A stretch of DNA of 61,971 bases, the filler included, from Choristocarpus tenellus KU-1152 (taxonomy: Eukaryota; Protista; Phaeophyceae): assembly GCA_964200185.2 (NCBI GenBank). It is 10 parts of 10 records of this genome, joined end to end, with 100 filler letters (N's around TTAATTAATTAA, not from the genome) between each part and the next. Parts side by side here need not be neighbours in the genome. Positions count along the whole stretch, not along the records: positions 1 to 3,788 come from CAXNAD020017915.1; positions 3,889 to 8,858 come from CAXNAD020012327.1; positions 8,959 to 13,707 come from CAXNAD020013215.1; 7 more parts are not named here. The stretch is one strand, 5' to 3'. The notes under the pieces are model-generated. The model did not search any database. It saw only the letters and a list, made by a program, of their open reading frames with translations, and was not told the DNA's origin. A program made the position numbers and the translations under genes. Below, piece by piece: positions 1 through 12,266 of this stretch; position 1 is the first letter of the stretch; every line of letters starts with the position of its first letter.

Positions 1-328
1 GGGGGAGGGTCTATACAAGGGTGTCCATTTGGGCCCTGACCAGGAAACGTGTGCTTACATTATCCACCCGTCACATGAAACCAAATCACCCAAAAATGCG
101 CCCCAGACAGCCAGCACTCCGAGTCTGGAACATACTCTGCATGGGACCTCATGCAGGACTTCTGAATTTTAAACTGAATTTTAACCAATCTCTCAACACT
201 ATAGATCATTCAAAACACTTCTTGCCTATTTTCGGTAGTACCTTGACCACAATTAACACTGTAATGCTCCTTTAGAAGAAACTATATTGATCTCGATGAG
301 TAAGTTTACTTGTTGACCATTCTTCCGC

Positions 329-2107
329 ATGACCTTCGTCGTCATCTTCAAGCAGGAAAAAGTTGTGACAGCCTTTGCTTTCAGAAATAAGCAACTCCAG
401 AAGGAACACAAACAGGCCAGAGCAGTGCAGGTCGATAAGCATGCCAGGATCCTAAACAAACTTAGCAGAACACAGGAGGATGCCCTTACTAGTGTTTCCA
501 TTCACCAGAGGGGCTGTGCTGGGCGCCTTACCAAACGAAGGCAGGAGAAGGATCGACATCATAGGAAGGTCCTTCAGGTAGAGCTGGCCGGAGTCAGGCA
601 TGCAGTTAGACGTGTGTGGAAGGAGCATAGTCACTGGCTCTGCCCATTGGTTACACATTCCCGATCTTGGAGAGGTAATAGTGGAAGCAGCAGTAATAGA
701 ATTATCAGGCAAGTGGGGGAAGGAAATGACACACACACTCGAGGCAATATTCAAAGCAGAGATGTTTTAAGAGGGAGAAATCAAGAGGTCACAGTGGAGG
801 GCATCAACGGGACTGGCAACAAGGCAATCCATCACAACCCGTCCTCCTCCAATGAATTAACGCGCATTAATGAAATTGCTCATTGTAGGACCAGCTGGGA
901 TGGAACAGAGGTATTACATGGTCCCAACGAAATTAATTCACAGATGAACTCCCAATTATACAGAGAAGGAGCTCTGGGACCCTGCCAAGGTGTGAGCAAC
1001 GCACAAATAAAAAGTGTCACAGTGGAGGGTGTCTGTCTCCCTTGCGTTGAAGCTTCCTTCCAGGGAGAGCACCCCTCACAAAATCCTTCACAACCTAAGG
1101 TTCAAAACTCAAATGCCAATTTGCAGCAGCAGGAGTGCTCTTCAGCCACCAGATCCCTGAGGAGACAGTCTGGTCGTCATGAGGATTTGGGCAAGGAGAT
1201 CGAAGATCAGTCCAAAGAAGGCAAAGTGGGTATATCAAAACATAGGCAAGGTCACCCACCCCACTTGCCATCAAAACCTCACAGTGGTAAGCCAGTTCAC
1301 CCACACCCACCATGCAGAAACAGTGTATCAGGTATTGAATACGTTCGAGCATCCAGGGATGGACTGGGTAGATATTGTTGCAAAAGAGTAAGGGGTGTCA
1401 AACAAGGTCTTCACTCAGTTCGGCAACCTAGTGGGAGGGCTAGGTGGAAGACTTCAGCAGCCCAGAGGAAGGCATCCACCCAGAGTAGGGAGCATGGAAC
1501 AACTACCCTTATTGCTGAGTCAGCCACCACCATCGGCAAGCCCCACATGTTTTTGCCCCATTCAACGGGCAGTCTGCAAGCCTGTGAGATGGATGAGCTT
1601 CAGATGAATACTCCACAACCTGCAACAACACCTGATGATACTCACAGGGTGGAAAAAACGAGGGAAGAGGATCGCAAGAGGTACCAACGCCAAGCTCAAT
1701 CAGCTGGGGGAGGAGGGACTGTAATTCTCAACGATCTGGAGAGAAAAACATTAGTAGCTCTGGGCAGGAGGGGCAGTCTCGAAGACCTTTGGCTCTCTCC
1801 ATCACAGACCTTACCGTCAATACTGGATATGGGAGCAATAGTAGAGGAAACAAACGATACTGAATTGCAAACCAGGGCATTGTCAGGAGAAGAGAGAGAG
1901 ATGGAGCAACTGCGGGAGGCGAGGACAGAGACATTAATGGGGTCGGAGGAAGATGCATTTGAAGCAAGCAGGACCAGGGCAAGCCCTACGGCCAATACCT
2001 TGCAAGAGGGAATAGTTGATGTTGCAGTGGAAAAACTCGTGATGGCCCTGCAAAAGGTGGAGGAGGAGACACACCATAACCTTCAGATGTTCCCCCTCTT
2101 CACCTGA
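329..2107 (+). CDS. Unidentified 592-codon ORF, probably a large terminal exon of a mostly disordered protein
   Basis: Only long open frame here; other frames I translated have many stops. Basic, coiled-coil-like N-terminal part and acidic C-terminal part; no motif recognised. Confidence 0.55.
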   Translation: MTFVVIFKQEKVVTAFAFRNKQLQKEHKQARAVQVDKHARILNKLSRTQEDALTSVSIHQRGCAGRLTKRRQEKDRHHRKVLQVELAGVRHAVRRVWKEHSHWLCPLVTHSRSWRGNSGSSSNRIIRQVGEGNDTHTRGNIQSRDVLRGRNQEVTVEGINGTGNKAIHHNPSSSNELTRINEIAHCRTSWDGTEVLHGPNEINSQMNSQLYREGALGPCQGVSNAQIKSVTVEGVCLPCVEASFQGEHPSQNPSQPKVQNSNANLQQQECSSATRSLRRQSGRHEDLGKEIEDQSKEGKVGISKHRQGHPPHLPSKPHSGKPVHPHPPCRNSVSGIEYVRASRDGLGRYCCKRVRGVKQGLHSVRQPSGRARWKTSAAQRKASTQSREHGTTTLIAESATTIGKPHMFLPHSTGSLQACEMDELQMNTPQPATTPDDTHRVEKTREEDRKRYQRQAQSAGGGGTVILNDLERKTLVALGRRGSLEDLWLSPSQTLPSILDMGAIVEETNDTELQTRALSGEEREMEQLREARTETLMGSEEDAFEASRTRASPTANTLQEGIVDVAVEKLVMALQKVEEETHHNLQMFPLFT

Positions 2108-2391
2108 TGTGTGGCAGGAGTCCAGGATAGTACGCTGCAGTCACTTGAGATGAGTTGAGTGTGCATTTTAAATTTAGAAATTACATCGTCTCCTGGACAA
2201 CTCAAAGAGGACTGATGCAAGGATGTACTTCAGGCATGATTCTCCAAGCCCAGTGTTGTTGATAAGCCTATAAGGTCCACTAAGGAGGGTACTTACCTGG
2301 ATCTGGAGCCTCTAGATCGGGAACCTATTGTACCAGTTATCATACAATAAAAGATCTCATCCTGCTTTCATTGATCCTACTATCTCTTCTC

Positions 2392-2645
2392 AACCCAAAG
2401 CATTTAAGAGTGTAGGAGTTTTGCCCTGTTTGTCTGTTTGGGACTTGACTTCCCACGTCTTTTTCAAGCCCCTTTTCGGTTTTCTGTGCGAACACACTTA
2501 AAATGTATACGTCTATGAAAGGTGTGTCCGGAGCAAGGATATTGGCTCTTGCTAACAAATACAATAACCAAAAATAATCAAAATCGCAACATTGGATTTA
2601 TGACCCCGAATGGACTCAGCCCCACCCTCTTAAATGCTTTGGCTC
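2392..2645. mobile_element. Tourist-like MITE, family B
   Basis: TIR AACCCAAAGCATTTAAGAG...CTCTTAAATGCTTTGGCTC, 3-bp TSD CTC; body similar to 10685-10942 and 56949-57208. Confidence 0.8.
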
Positions 2646-3745
2646 CTCACCTTGTTGTTTTCTTCTCTTTGAGTCCTACTTCAGTTCTCCCAGTCTCTAA
2701 GTTGGATTTGTCACATTTGCGATAAACCTCTCCGATAGCATTGATGCTTGATATGACTTGAGATCTTCATGAGGTTCATGAGTCCCATCCACATGTGATC
2801 GTCGACATTCATTCGACCATGCCTGTAGGTGCACCTCCTTCTCCTTCCTCGTGAAGACATTATCTGAGTCCACGGGTCAGAGGTGAAAATCCTGTCTAGA
2901 TCTTTTCCCCCACTTCCTGCTTATTACTAATTGATTGCAACAAGGGTCCAGGTAACAGACTCAATGGGAAATATGAAGATTGAAATTGCTTGTTGGAGAG
3001 AGCATATGATTGGTGGTGTGATGGCCCACTGACTATGCCGACTAGGGCCCCACCCACTAACTAAATTAAATAATGAGATACCATTGTGCCACCAGAGGAC
3101 ATAAAGTCGCAAAACTATTATCTGCCCTAGTGATACAATGTTGTCCATTTTTTTTACATTATTGCATTCTAATGTTATTCCTGTTCTGGAAGTTACTTTG
3201 TTGAATGTCAATAATCAATTCCCATACACAGTCCAGACCCCCAAGGATGAATTACTGATTTCATTCAAGCACATAGATAGTAGTTCAGAAAATAGATAAT
3301 ACACTTACACCATTTGAAGTGTTTATCAAAGACACAAGTTATCCTGAATTGAGGGAGATGGCATATTTTGACTGGGACTATCTACATCTAATTGATGGTG
3401 AGGGGTAACTGAGCACCAAAATTTCTTAACCCTTTACAACCATTTGAAGAAGTAAATATCACTACTCTTCCTTTTGTCCAATGTACTCCACTCGAAAAAA
3501 AGGGCAGTTATTATCCTCTACACCCTTTTATGTTCCTTTAGTCTCCGTTTACTCCTCTCCATTGACATATACTCCCCTGAGATATTGAAAGTATCAGCTC
3601 ACTACTAAGCACGGAAAAGTTTGAACAGTCAAGGCATCGATGCTTTGTGAAAGGGAGAGAAATATCGTTGTTGTTGATGAGAAAATATGTTGAGACTAAG
3701 GATCAAAGTATCTGGGGGGGGGGGGGGGGGGGGGGGGGGCGGGCT

Positions 3746-3777
<32 letters not shown>

Positions 3778-3788
3778 GTTTGTTTGGG

Positions 3789-3888
3789 NNNNNNNNNNNN
3801 NNNNNNNNNNNNNNNNNNNNNNNNNNNNNNNNTTAATTAATTAANNNNNNNNNNNNNNNNNNNNNNNNNNNNNNNNNNNNNNNNNNNN
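3789..3888. other. Artificial contig spacer (first of nine)
   Basis: 44 N + TTAATTAATTAA (stop in all six frames) + 44 N; identical spacers at 8859-8958, 13708-13807, 26284-26383, 30672-30771, 45340-45439, 49409-49508, 54794-54893, 59043-59142. Confidence 0.99.
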
Positions 3889-4706
3889 CTCACATTCCAA
3901 TGGTCAAACACCTGCATCAACTATGCAAGGGGATGGGCATCCCTTGCACTATGGAGGGCGGTAGCCCTTTCACAGTCGACAGGAATCTCTGCATGGATCT
4001 GGTGTTTCACACAGGGGCACTAGCGGGCGCCGGAACAGCTCCCTACAGGGACAAAGGTCTTCTACTAGACATCACCTTCGCAGAGGTACAGGCAACCTCC
4101 CACTTAACCCACTCTTCCACCAGCAATGGTGTATGTAGCTGCTGTTGCAGCCAAGGCGCGAAAGTGTACCCACTACAAGGGCTCCTTTGATCCTCGTAGT
4201 TATAACCTCAACACCTTCGCGTTGGAAAGGTTTGGGCGCCTCAGCAAGGAAGCGGAATATTTCCTGGATGAGCTAGCTACTCACATGGTGAGGGGGAGAG
4301 GAACTAGAGGATACAGCAGAAAAGGAGTAGTCAAATCCCAGCTACGCTAGATTGTCTCGGTGACTACGTCATAGGCACTGTCTAGACGTGTCATGTGTTT
4401 TAAGCTAGATTCACCAGGGAGATGGGCAAGGAGGGGTTCATTGGATTCTTGGGAGACCTCCCTAGTTCCCCTCGGGGCACAGGAGTAGGTAGATTGGAAG
4501 TACAGGAAGGCAGTAGTAGTACAATATTGATAGTGGTGAAGCAGCAGATTAGTGTTTTTCACATTTAGAGTGTTTTATAGTATTTTCACATTTATGATAT
4601 TTTATTTCTTTAGGGCTTATACTAACATATATATATATATATATATATAGTTTTTATTTATGTCCCCCCTGACACATCAACAAAAAATGTCAGAGGGCAT
4701 AATAAT
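3889..4706 (+). mobile_element. 3' fragment of RLE-type (CRE/R2-like) non-LTR retrotransposon, frameshifted
   Basis: MDLVF...LLLDITFAE...K.THY.GSF...FALERFGRL...KGVVK resembles a PD-(D/E)xK restriction-like endonuclease C-terminus; followed by 3' UTR, hairpin and ATAATAAT tail; homologous fragments at 21560-24720. Confidence 0.75.
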
Positions 4707-6003
4707 GATAGAAATATTTATTTATTTGAGATACATTTCACATTTACGACAACAGTACTTTTTAACATTGAATTGATTTTTCCCCTGACACATCTTGAAA
4801 ATGTTAGAGGGAAAATATTATGTAGATAATATCAATAATTATGGATCGTCATCGATATAGTACAGTGTGAAGCATATATATATATGCCTACATGTCCTAT
4901 ATATTATATATTGTGATAAGGAACCAACCTATAATTTACAAAGTCTAACCGCATCCATGGATAATGCCACATGTCAGAGGGCATAATAATAAAATATTGC
5001 CACAAACACAAGAGGATAAAATAGTTCGCTATTTTCATAATATAATTTGGTACTGTACATCCGTTTTCTCTAATTTTTTCAATATTGTCCAATATTGTCC
5101 AATATCCAGCGAATCCAGCTAATCCAGCCGATCAGAAATTATTACTTACAACTTCCCCGTTTTTTTTTATGAGAAAGCGGAATTTTTTGATGATACCAGA
5201 AGAGAGAAGTGAGGTATTCCAGGAAGGGGTACACAGGATAAAACTTCCTTCACGGACCTTAAGCCCACGACCTCCCTCGAAACCACTGCAGTAGGTGTTG
5301 AATAGGTGAAGGGGTGGTTTTCGTCACGAGGAGAGCTACGTGGAACGCGAAATTTGTTTTTTTTGGTGGTAAAAGCGAGGTACTTGTACCTGGGCCTCCA
5401 TAGCCATGAGCAGGTTCACCCACGAGGTAGGTGTCATCACACTTTGTCTAAGCATTTTTTGAATGCCCTACGTAGGATAATTGATCCTTCTCTAATAGGG
5501 GGTGCATTTGAAGAATATTTGTCGAGTTGGGGCTGATGTTCTATGGTCATTTACGCCAGTCTTTCGAATTATTCATGTCTGGCGACCCTTTGCGGTTGTG
5601 CAAGATGTCCTATTTCACATGGGGCACTAGAATCTTGATGATAGTTGTTGGTAATGGGTTTGGCAGGCATCTTTGCAGCGTTTGTGTGCTAATATGAACG
5701 GTGGGGTTGTATTGACAAGTGGTTTGTTAGAGATTGAAATGGCATAAGAAGCTTCGGCAAGGTCCTTCCCCTCTATATTTGCCATCCTTTCTGCTACATT
5801 GGAACCTGTTTGAACTGGGGATTTCGATCCTGCTGTGTACGCATCCGACGTTCTCAAACGAGTAACTTTTGTTGTACTTCTAATTGTGCACAAAGAAGAT
5901 AGGCTATGAGTTGGCAATGCAGCTCCTCAACCACTCCACTGTGTTCTCATTGTGATTGCACAATGCTCCTCTTTTTCCCGTCAATTGAATTCCTTTCTTG
6001 TAG

Positions 6004-7327
6004 GGAGGGGGCCTCGTGGAGGACCTGAACCAGCTCGATGACTGGAATATGGACAATATTGCTTCTCATCTGCGGAAACGTTTCAAGGTGCAGAGACCAT
6101 ACACCTCTTTAGGGAACATCATGGTTGCAGTGAATCCCTTTGAGTGGCTAGATCTCTACGACGATGACCTGGGTTTGGCCTACCAGGAACCAGGACGGGT
6201 CAACCTTCCGGCACACATTTACAAGTCAACTGCGGCTGCTTACAGGTTAAACTATGTTTGCAAGACTATTTCTGCGAATTATTTTCCGAACCGATACGTT
6301 TACAGTGCGCTAGTTCATGTCTTGCAATATTTGTATGTAGATGCTCTAACACGTGGCTTCACTGCCTCTCCCTATTGTGATCGATTAAAGGGCGCTTCTG
6401 GAGGGTCAAGGAGATCAAAGTATCCTTATTAGTGGAGTGTCTGGGGCAGGCAAGACGGAAACAGCAAAACTGCTACTTGGTCACCTGGCCACTGTTGCTG
6501 GTTTAGAGGAGGGGGAGAAGGGCAGCGATCGCATACAGCATATGGTAGAATGCACAGTCGTGTTGGAAACCTTTGGAAATGCTGTAATGGTGAGATTTAG
6601 CAAGTGAAGCGATTGATGAACTGGATCATTCAAGTTTCGCTCTTTGATGGCCTCACAGCTAGCTAGTTTCAGTTGAATGGAAAAGCTTAGTAGGGCAACT
6701 TCTACACATCCTTTTGGTTGAGGTCCTTTTATATCTTTTATGTGTCCATCAGCTTTCAAGAGCAGCAACAAACTTGCTCCAAACTACTGACTCTATTTTA
6801 TGTATGAACATGATATGAACATGATATCCCCAGATGGGCAACAACAACAGCAGTCGGTACGGAGTGGTCACCCAGCTGCAATTTGATGGGGATATCCCCA
6901 AGGTGACCGGTTCTTTTAACCGGACATACCTGTTGGAGAAGAGTCGTGTTGTTACTCGAATGTCAGATGAACGCAACTTCCATGTCTTCTACCAGATGGT
7001 GGGTTCTGATGACGAGGGATTTAAGGACAGTCTACATCTCAGCGGTAAGCTTTTTCAGTCCAGATGACTGGCCCTTTAAAAAAAAGTATGTTGTAGGAGA
7101 TGTTGATCGATGTCTTTTATTTTTTTGTAGCTGACGTATTTGTCTTCCTGGTTTGTGCAGGCAAGACATCAAATGACTTCTCCTATCTTCACACCAAGGC
7201 ACCTGCAGAGGACCAGGACTTCACGGGATTGGCAGATGTACAAGATGCAGTTAGAGAGCTGGGCATTGGTGAAAGAGAGGAGGCCGACATCTTCAAAGCC
7301 TTGGCAGGCTTGTTGCACCTCGGCCAG
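6004..7327 (+). CDS. Myosin heavy chain, N-terminal part of motor domain (exons 6004-6245, 6391-6589, 6834-7044, 7161-7327; partial)
   Basis: Phase-compatible GT-AG exons: PYTSLGNIMVAVNPF, LPAHIY, QSILISGVSGAGKTE (P-loop), LETFGNA, NNNSSRYG (switch I), YLLEKSRVV, ERNFHVFYQ, LAGLLHLG. Confidence 0.93.
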
Positions 7328-10300
7328 GTGTGTTGTTTTATTATTTAGATTAATCTTTGCCCCAGGCTGTACTGAGTAATGTAGCAGATGAGATGTACCA
7401 CCCTTGGGTACACAGGTGTGCATTTCACTGATATCTTGTATCTTGCACAACCTTGCACTAGTGATCCCCCCAGACAAGTACGTGTGTGAAGATTTATCAT
7501 AGAGAGCAACAAGATTTATAATGATACAGCAGGTAGTCCTTGGGGGCAATGGGGGTTGGCAAGCATCTCAGGAAATTTTGTATGCAGTTGTGTGTCAGCA
7601 AACACCTATCAACCCCTATGTTCCGATTCTGTAATCCCCTCCTGTACCTGTACCTTCTGGGGTGCATCCATGGATACTCTCTAGTGCTTCCATGACAAGA
7701 AAATGAGAAGGAAGTAATTTAAATATTTGTGCTCCACCTGTAACAATGAAGACACCAAAAATTTATAATGTTGCTACTGCTGTTTCTGATTCAAACCAAA
7801 GGAAATAGTCAGAAAAAAGAAAAAAGAGAGGTCAAATGTATATATTGATAGTTGGGAAGGCTGGTGTGATGTGTGTGGTTGATTCTCACTTCTGCAAAGA
7901 AGTAATACAAGAGAGGGTTATCCTGGGCAACTATATATGTATATATATTATATGTACATATCTATATACCGACATGCTGCAAGTGAGGTTCTGAACTGTG
8001 TGCAGTTTGGTGTTACAATACAGTGGCCAAGGTTGGCCCTTGGCTGAGGAAAGAAGGGTGGGAGGGTGCAGTGAAAGAGGAAGTAGATGCAAGATGCTAG
8101 GAATCAGGACAGAGGGTCAGGGGTGAATATGGTGTTCATGTGGAGGCACCGAGGCCCTCGAAGTTGATTGCATGAGAGGGATTGGGCAGTGGAGTGGGAA
8201 GAGCACAAGAGCAGGACTTGAAAGTGATGGTTAAATCGAGAAAATCGCCCCCCAAATGAGATAAGGAGTGCAGGCAAGCAATGCACTGCAGGTATGGTAG
8301 AGACAGTACAGCACAAGTTGTGCTTTCATATGGTTCAGGCAACTGATTTTTCTGTCAAGCTACATTCCACGTGTGAAGCGCTCTTTGATGGTAAATAATG
8401 TTATTTTTATAAATATTGACCGAAATATCTTGGAAAATTCTTGGGACAGACAATATCACAGATACAATTTTTTCTGGATTTGGAAAGAAACAAATGTTCT
8501 GTGCTAAGAGTCAACTATAGTTATGAAACGTTTTTTCCAAGTCTTATTCGCTAGTGCATGTTAAAGATCGTGGCATTTAAGAATAATTATAACTAGGTTC
8601 AAGTCATTTTTATAGGTACATCTAAATTACAAATCTGATTATTTCAGTGATGTGCAGTGTACAATTGTAATCTGTTGAATTATGTTTTGAAAATGTTAAA
8701 CGTATTTCTTGAGTGTGGGTTTTTATGTGTTAAAAAAACGTTAAACAAAATTTCTCTACGATGTTTTTGAACTTGACATCAGATTGAGCTCATGGAGACT
8801 ATTTTTATTTTTTAGCGAGTGCGATGTTGAACTGTTCATATGGGAAGAAGAGGGGGGGNNNNNNNNNNNNNNNNNNNNNNNNNNNNNNNNNNNNNNNNNN
8901 NNTTAATTAATTAANNNNNNNNNNNNNNNNNNNNNNNNNNNNNNNNNNNNNNNNNNNNCAGTGTGTGTCGGCGATCCCAAAAAGGAACCTGTCCCTGACA
9001 CGTCTGACATTTTGCAGATGTGTCAGGGGGAAAATATTGTTATGTCCTCAATCTTGTCAATTTCCAAAATCTACATTATACCAGTATATCCAAATCCGCC
9101 GTTTAGGGGTAGGGTTACACATATTGCTTAGGGGTAGAAGTATACAGATCGTAGGGGTTCCCTAATGTACATCACACAAACAGGTAAGTATCCGTTAAGG
9201 ATTTTTTCTTGATTTGTACTCGATCCCCTCACCCATGAATATTTTGTTAATGGAAAGGGCTACTAAAAATGCATTGATGTATTTCTTAACTAGAAAGTCA
9301 ACACGTTTTATCAGTAGTTCGTATTCGATCTGCCCTGCTGAACCCGAGTGTGATCTCTCCTGTCTCCTTACGATTTGAAACTTCCTGCGACTGTAACTCT
9401 CCTAGACTTGACTCATGACACGGGGCGCGGCGGCTGTTGGGGAACGGAATGATGATGGACACCCGACCCCACTTCTGAGTTCGATGTGTGTTGCTTTTTC
9501 GATGGTCATCCGAAGAGGAGCAGAGGGACACCACCCCATGGAAGTGGTCATGTCAACAAGCGGCTCGACATGTAATCCCTTTACTTGCGTTGAGTTCGCT
9601 GAGGTTAGTGTGTTTCCGAAAGTCACGCAACCTTCACGTTGGTTTCATGTTCATGGAAGTCTCTTATGATTTTGTGTCTATCTGCATGTTCTCTGACCCC
9701 AGTTTTCCTCAGGGAATGATGAAACTGGCGGATGTAAGATGAGAATTGGTACTTGCAGTGCAGATTATGGGGAGTGTTGATTCCAATTCCCAGGAGGCGC
9801 AAGGTGGGTGGAAATACTCTGTTCCCCTTGACACCGAAATCAGAAGAGTGTCTTTCCAGTAGAGATGTCCTGGGACGCATCCCTCCTGAGGTATAGACCC
9901 TCATCGAACCCAGCCTTTCTGAATACGTCTCTAGCAGATGAAACGTCAATTTCTGTCCTTGGCTTCCAGCCTACATATCTTCTTGTGTCGCCATCTATTC
10001 ACAAAGGGCATAATGGATGTTCAACCTCACGCTCTAATGGGGCGAAATTTGAGTGCTTCTTTGACCAACATTGAGTGGGAGGGGATGGGAGCCCCGTATG
10101 ATTGTTTGTTGGCATATGCGCTGTTGAGTTGTGATCAGTGCCATGCTCAACCTCAAATTTCTCAGTCTTGCGAGAATTATGCTCAACAGTTCGTGTCTGC
10201 TAGGCGTTCGTGCGGTAGAGTTGAAAACTATTCAGCACAAAGTTATTTACTTAGAGTGGAGGCAAACCAATTGAGAGGTAGGCAGTTTTGGACCTTTCTG

Positions 10301-10456
10301 CATTCTAAGTAATCTCTCTTACTCTGTGCAATACACTCTTTCATTGCTTCATGTTCAAAATAGCGTATATAAAATGGATGTCCCTCCTTCCACAAACAAA
10401 GTGACACCACAATTTAGCAAAGCCTCTTTCTGCAATTGTACAAAAAAACTCTTTTT

Positions 10457-10977
10457 GGCCGGTAGTATCTTAGAGGGTGTGTATTTTTAGCCCAGGTTGT
10501 CTATTCAGGGCATGATATGGTGTTGTAAGACATCCCATCCTGATGCCCGTTTTGTGGGTGAGTTTCCTTTGGATGTGGTTCAGGCAAGGAAAATGCGTTC
10601 AAATGAATAAAATTGCTTTTACATTTGATACATGCACTTAGATGACAAAGAATAACTACAGGTCCACACAGACCCTGAATGGAAGAGCAAAAGTATCTTT
10701 GAGGGTAGAGCCGCGTCCATTTGGGGGTCAAATCCAATGTTGTGATTTTGATGTAATTTTGATTATTGTGTTTGTTGGGAAGTGTCAATATCCTTGTTTC
10801 GGACACACCATTTCATAACATACACGTTTTACCTACTCCTAAACATTTTGGAGTAGGTAAGAGTCATTAAAAAAACCATGGGAAGCCAAGCCCCAATTGG
10901 ACAAAGAGGGCAAAGCTCGTACCCTCTAAGATATTTTCACTCGGAAGCGTGACCCCCCCTCTAGGATACTATGGGCC
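10457..10977. mobile_element. MITE family D (inside C, contains B)
   Basis: TIR GGCCGGTAGTATCTTAGAGGG...CCCTCTAGGATACTATGGGCC; flanks TTT/ATT. Confidence 0.7.
10685..10942. mobile_element. MITE family B (innermost nested copy)
   Basis: TIR GAGCAAAAGTATCTTTGAGGGT...ACCCTCTAAGATATTTTCACTC; flanked by GGAA on both sides; reverse orientation to the 2392 and 56949 copies. Confidence 0.8.
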
Positions 10978-12266
10978 ATTTGCTCTTCCTCAGGATCCTT
11001 AAAATGCAGCCCTGCCTACTCTCAACTGGTTTGACTCATGGCCCCTACCTCTTGTCACCTTCACTACAAATGATCCAACCACTGACGGTATGGAGCGTGT
11101 AGAGTTGACTAGGAATTGAGGAATCAGAGGTAAGGAGGAGGAGGAAGGGGTCTATGACCTCCCCACACCTTTGAAGAATGACCTGATATCACCCACCTCC
11201 CCAAAGTTTCTTCTTATCGTCCCTGCCCCTATCGTGTTAAAGTTTTTTTGTGCATATTTGGAGAAAGTCAAGACAATCGTTCGTGGGTTTGTGTGTGACA
11301 AGTGCATGTCTGAGTATTTTCAGGTGAGCACAGCTGGAAAACTGGGCTTGTCATGATAGACACATTTAAGATAGTTGAATGTTATCAAACGGCACAACAT
11401 AAGATGTATCTTCCATCCCAACCAGCAACTTTTCACACCTTTAAATCAGTGTAAGGGCTCCTTCCTATGTCACCTCCGATTTCTTTTTTGTGCATGAAAA
11501 CCACTCATTGATGAAAGGGAAGCTTCATGTACGCAAAAGGAGGCGGGAAATGCAATCACTGGGTGTGATGCCTTAACCCTACAGTACTTAAGTTGGACAT
11601 GGCAGCTTAGCCGAAGGTACTTCCGGCGTGCTAAAGGGGCAAGAGTGCAATGAGACGTTTCAGTAGTGGATCTCTCGTGGCTTGTGTATGAGAAGTTTCA
11701 GTGGATCTGTTTATGGAGTCCTTAGGGTGGAGGGCATGTATTGTATTCCTAGTATGTAGAATAGTGTACACATACTGGAACTACGGTACAAAGTGAGGAC
11801 CTCAGCCCTTCCAACACAGCCCTTCCTTGGCGATCAAGACTATAATCTACTTTTTCCTCGTAACTCATTTGGTTCCATTGTTGTGGGCTCAGCACAGTTC
11901 GTAGAGAGCATGGCCTGCAACATATCAATGAGAAGCTTATGGTGAGAGTTGACAGCATGGTCAAGACTTACTATGATGTCCAGTCAGGCTCCCTCTACAT
12001 TAAGGTGGTCCAATTCTCCTTGCTATTGGGTTAGTTATTGTGTCTGCTGAGGATTGCTGGTTGATATGGGGACCATTCGTTCCTTTGACTTATTTCTGCA
12101 CTAAAACACACGGGTATTATGTCTTTGGTCTCTTGTTTTCAGAAAGCCGAAGCAGAGATAGGTACAAGTCTGGCTTACGAGTAAAAACGTGCTGGCTAAG
12201 GTTGATGTTGCTTCATTTGTGTGTTTGGTCTCATTGGGCCCCGATGAGTTTAGAGATGTGTGCTAT

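Larger units (their letters stand above)
10259..11037. mobile_element. MITE family C interrupted by nested MITEs
   Basis: TIR GAGGCAAACCAATTGAGAGGTAGGCAG...CTGCCTACTCTCAACTGGTTTGACTC; its two halves match intact copies at 21905, 23178, 57410. Confidence 0.8.

Noticed and set aside
329-2107. Antisense shadow of a retroelement pol gene
   Set aside because: The minus-strand frames I translated have frequent stops and no RT, RNase H or integrase motifs.
3833-3844. TTAATTAATTAA as a biological motif
   Set aside because: Identical linker centred in every N gap; a concatenation artefact.
9400-12010. Gene exons around the nested MITEs
   Set aside because: Some segments look coding (e.g. near 11890-12005) but I could not build a consistent model or recognise a family.
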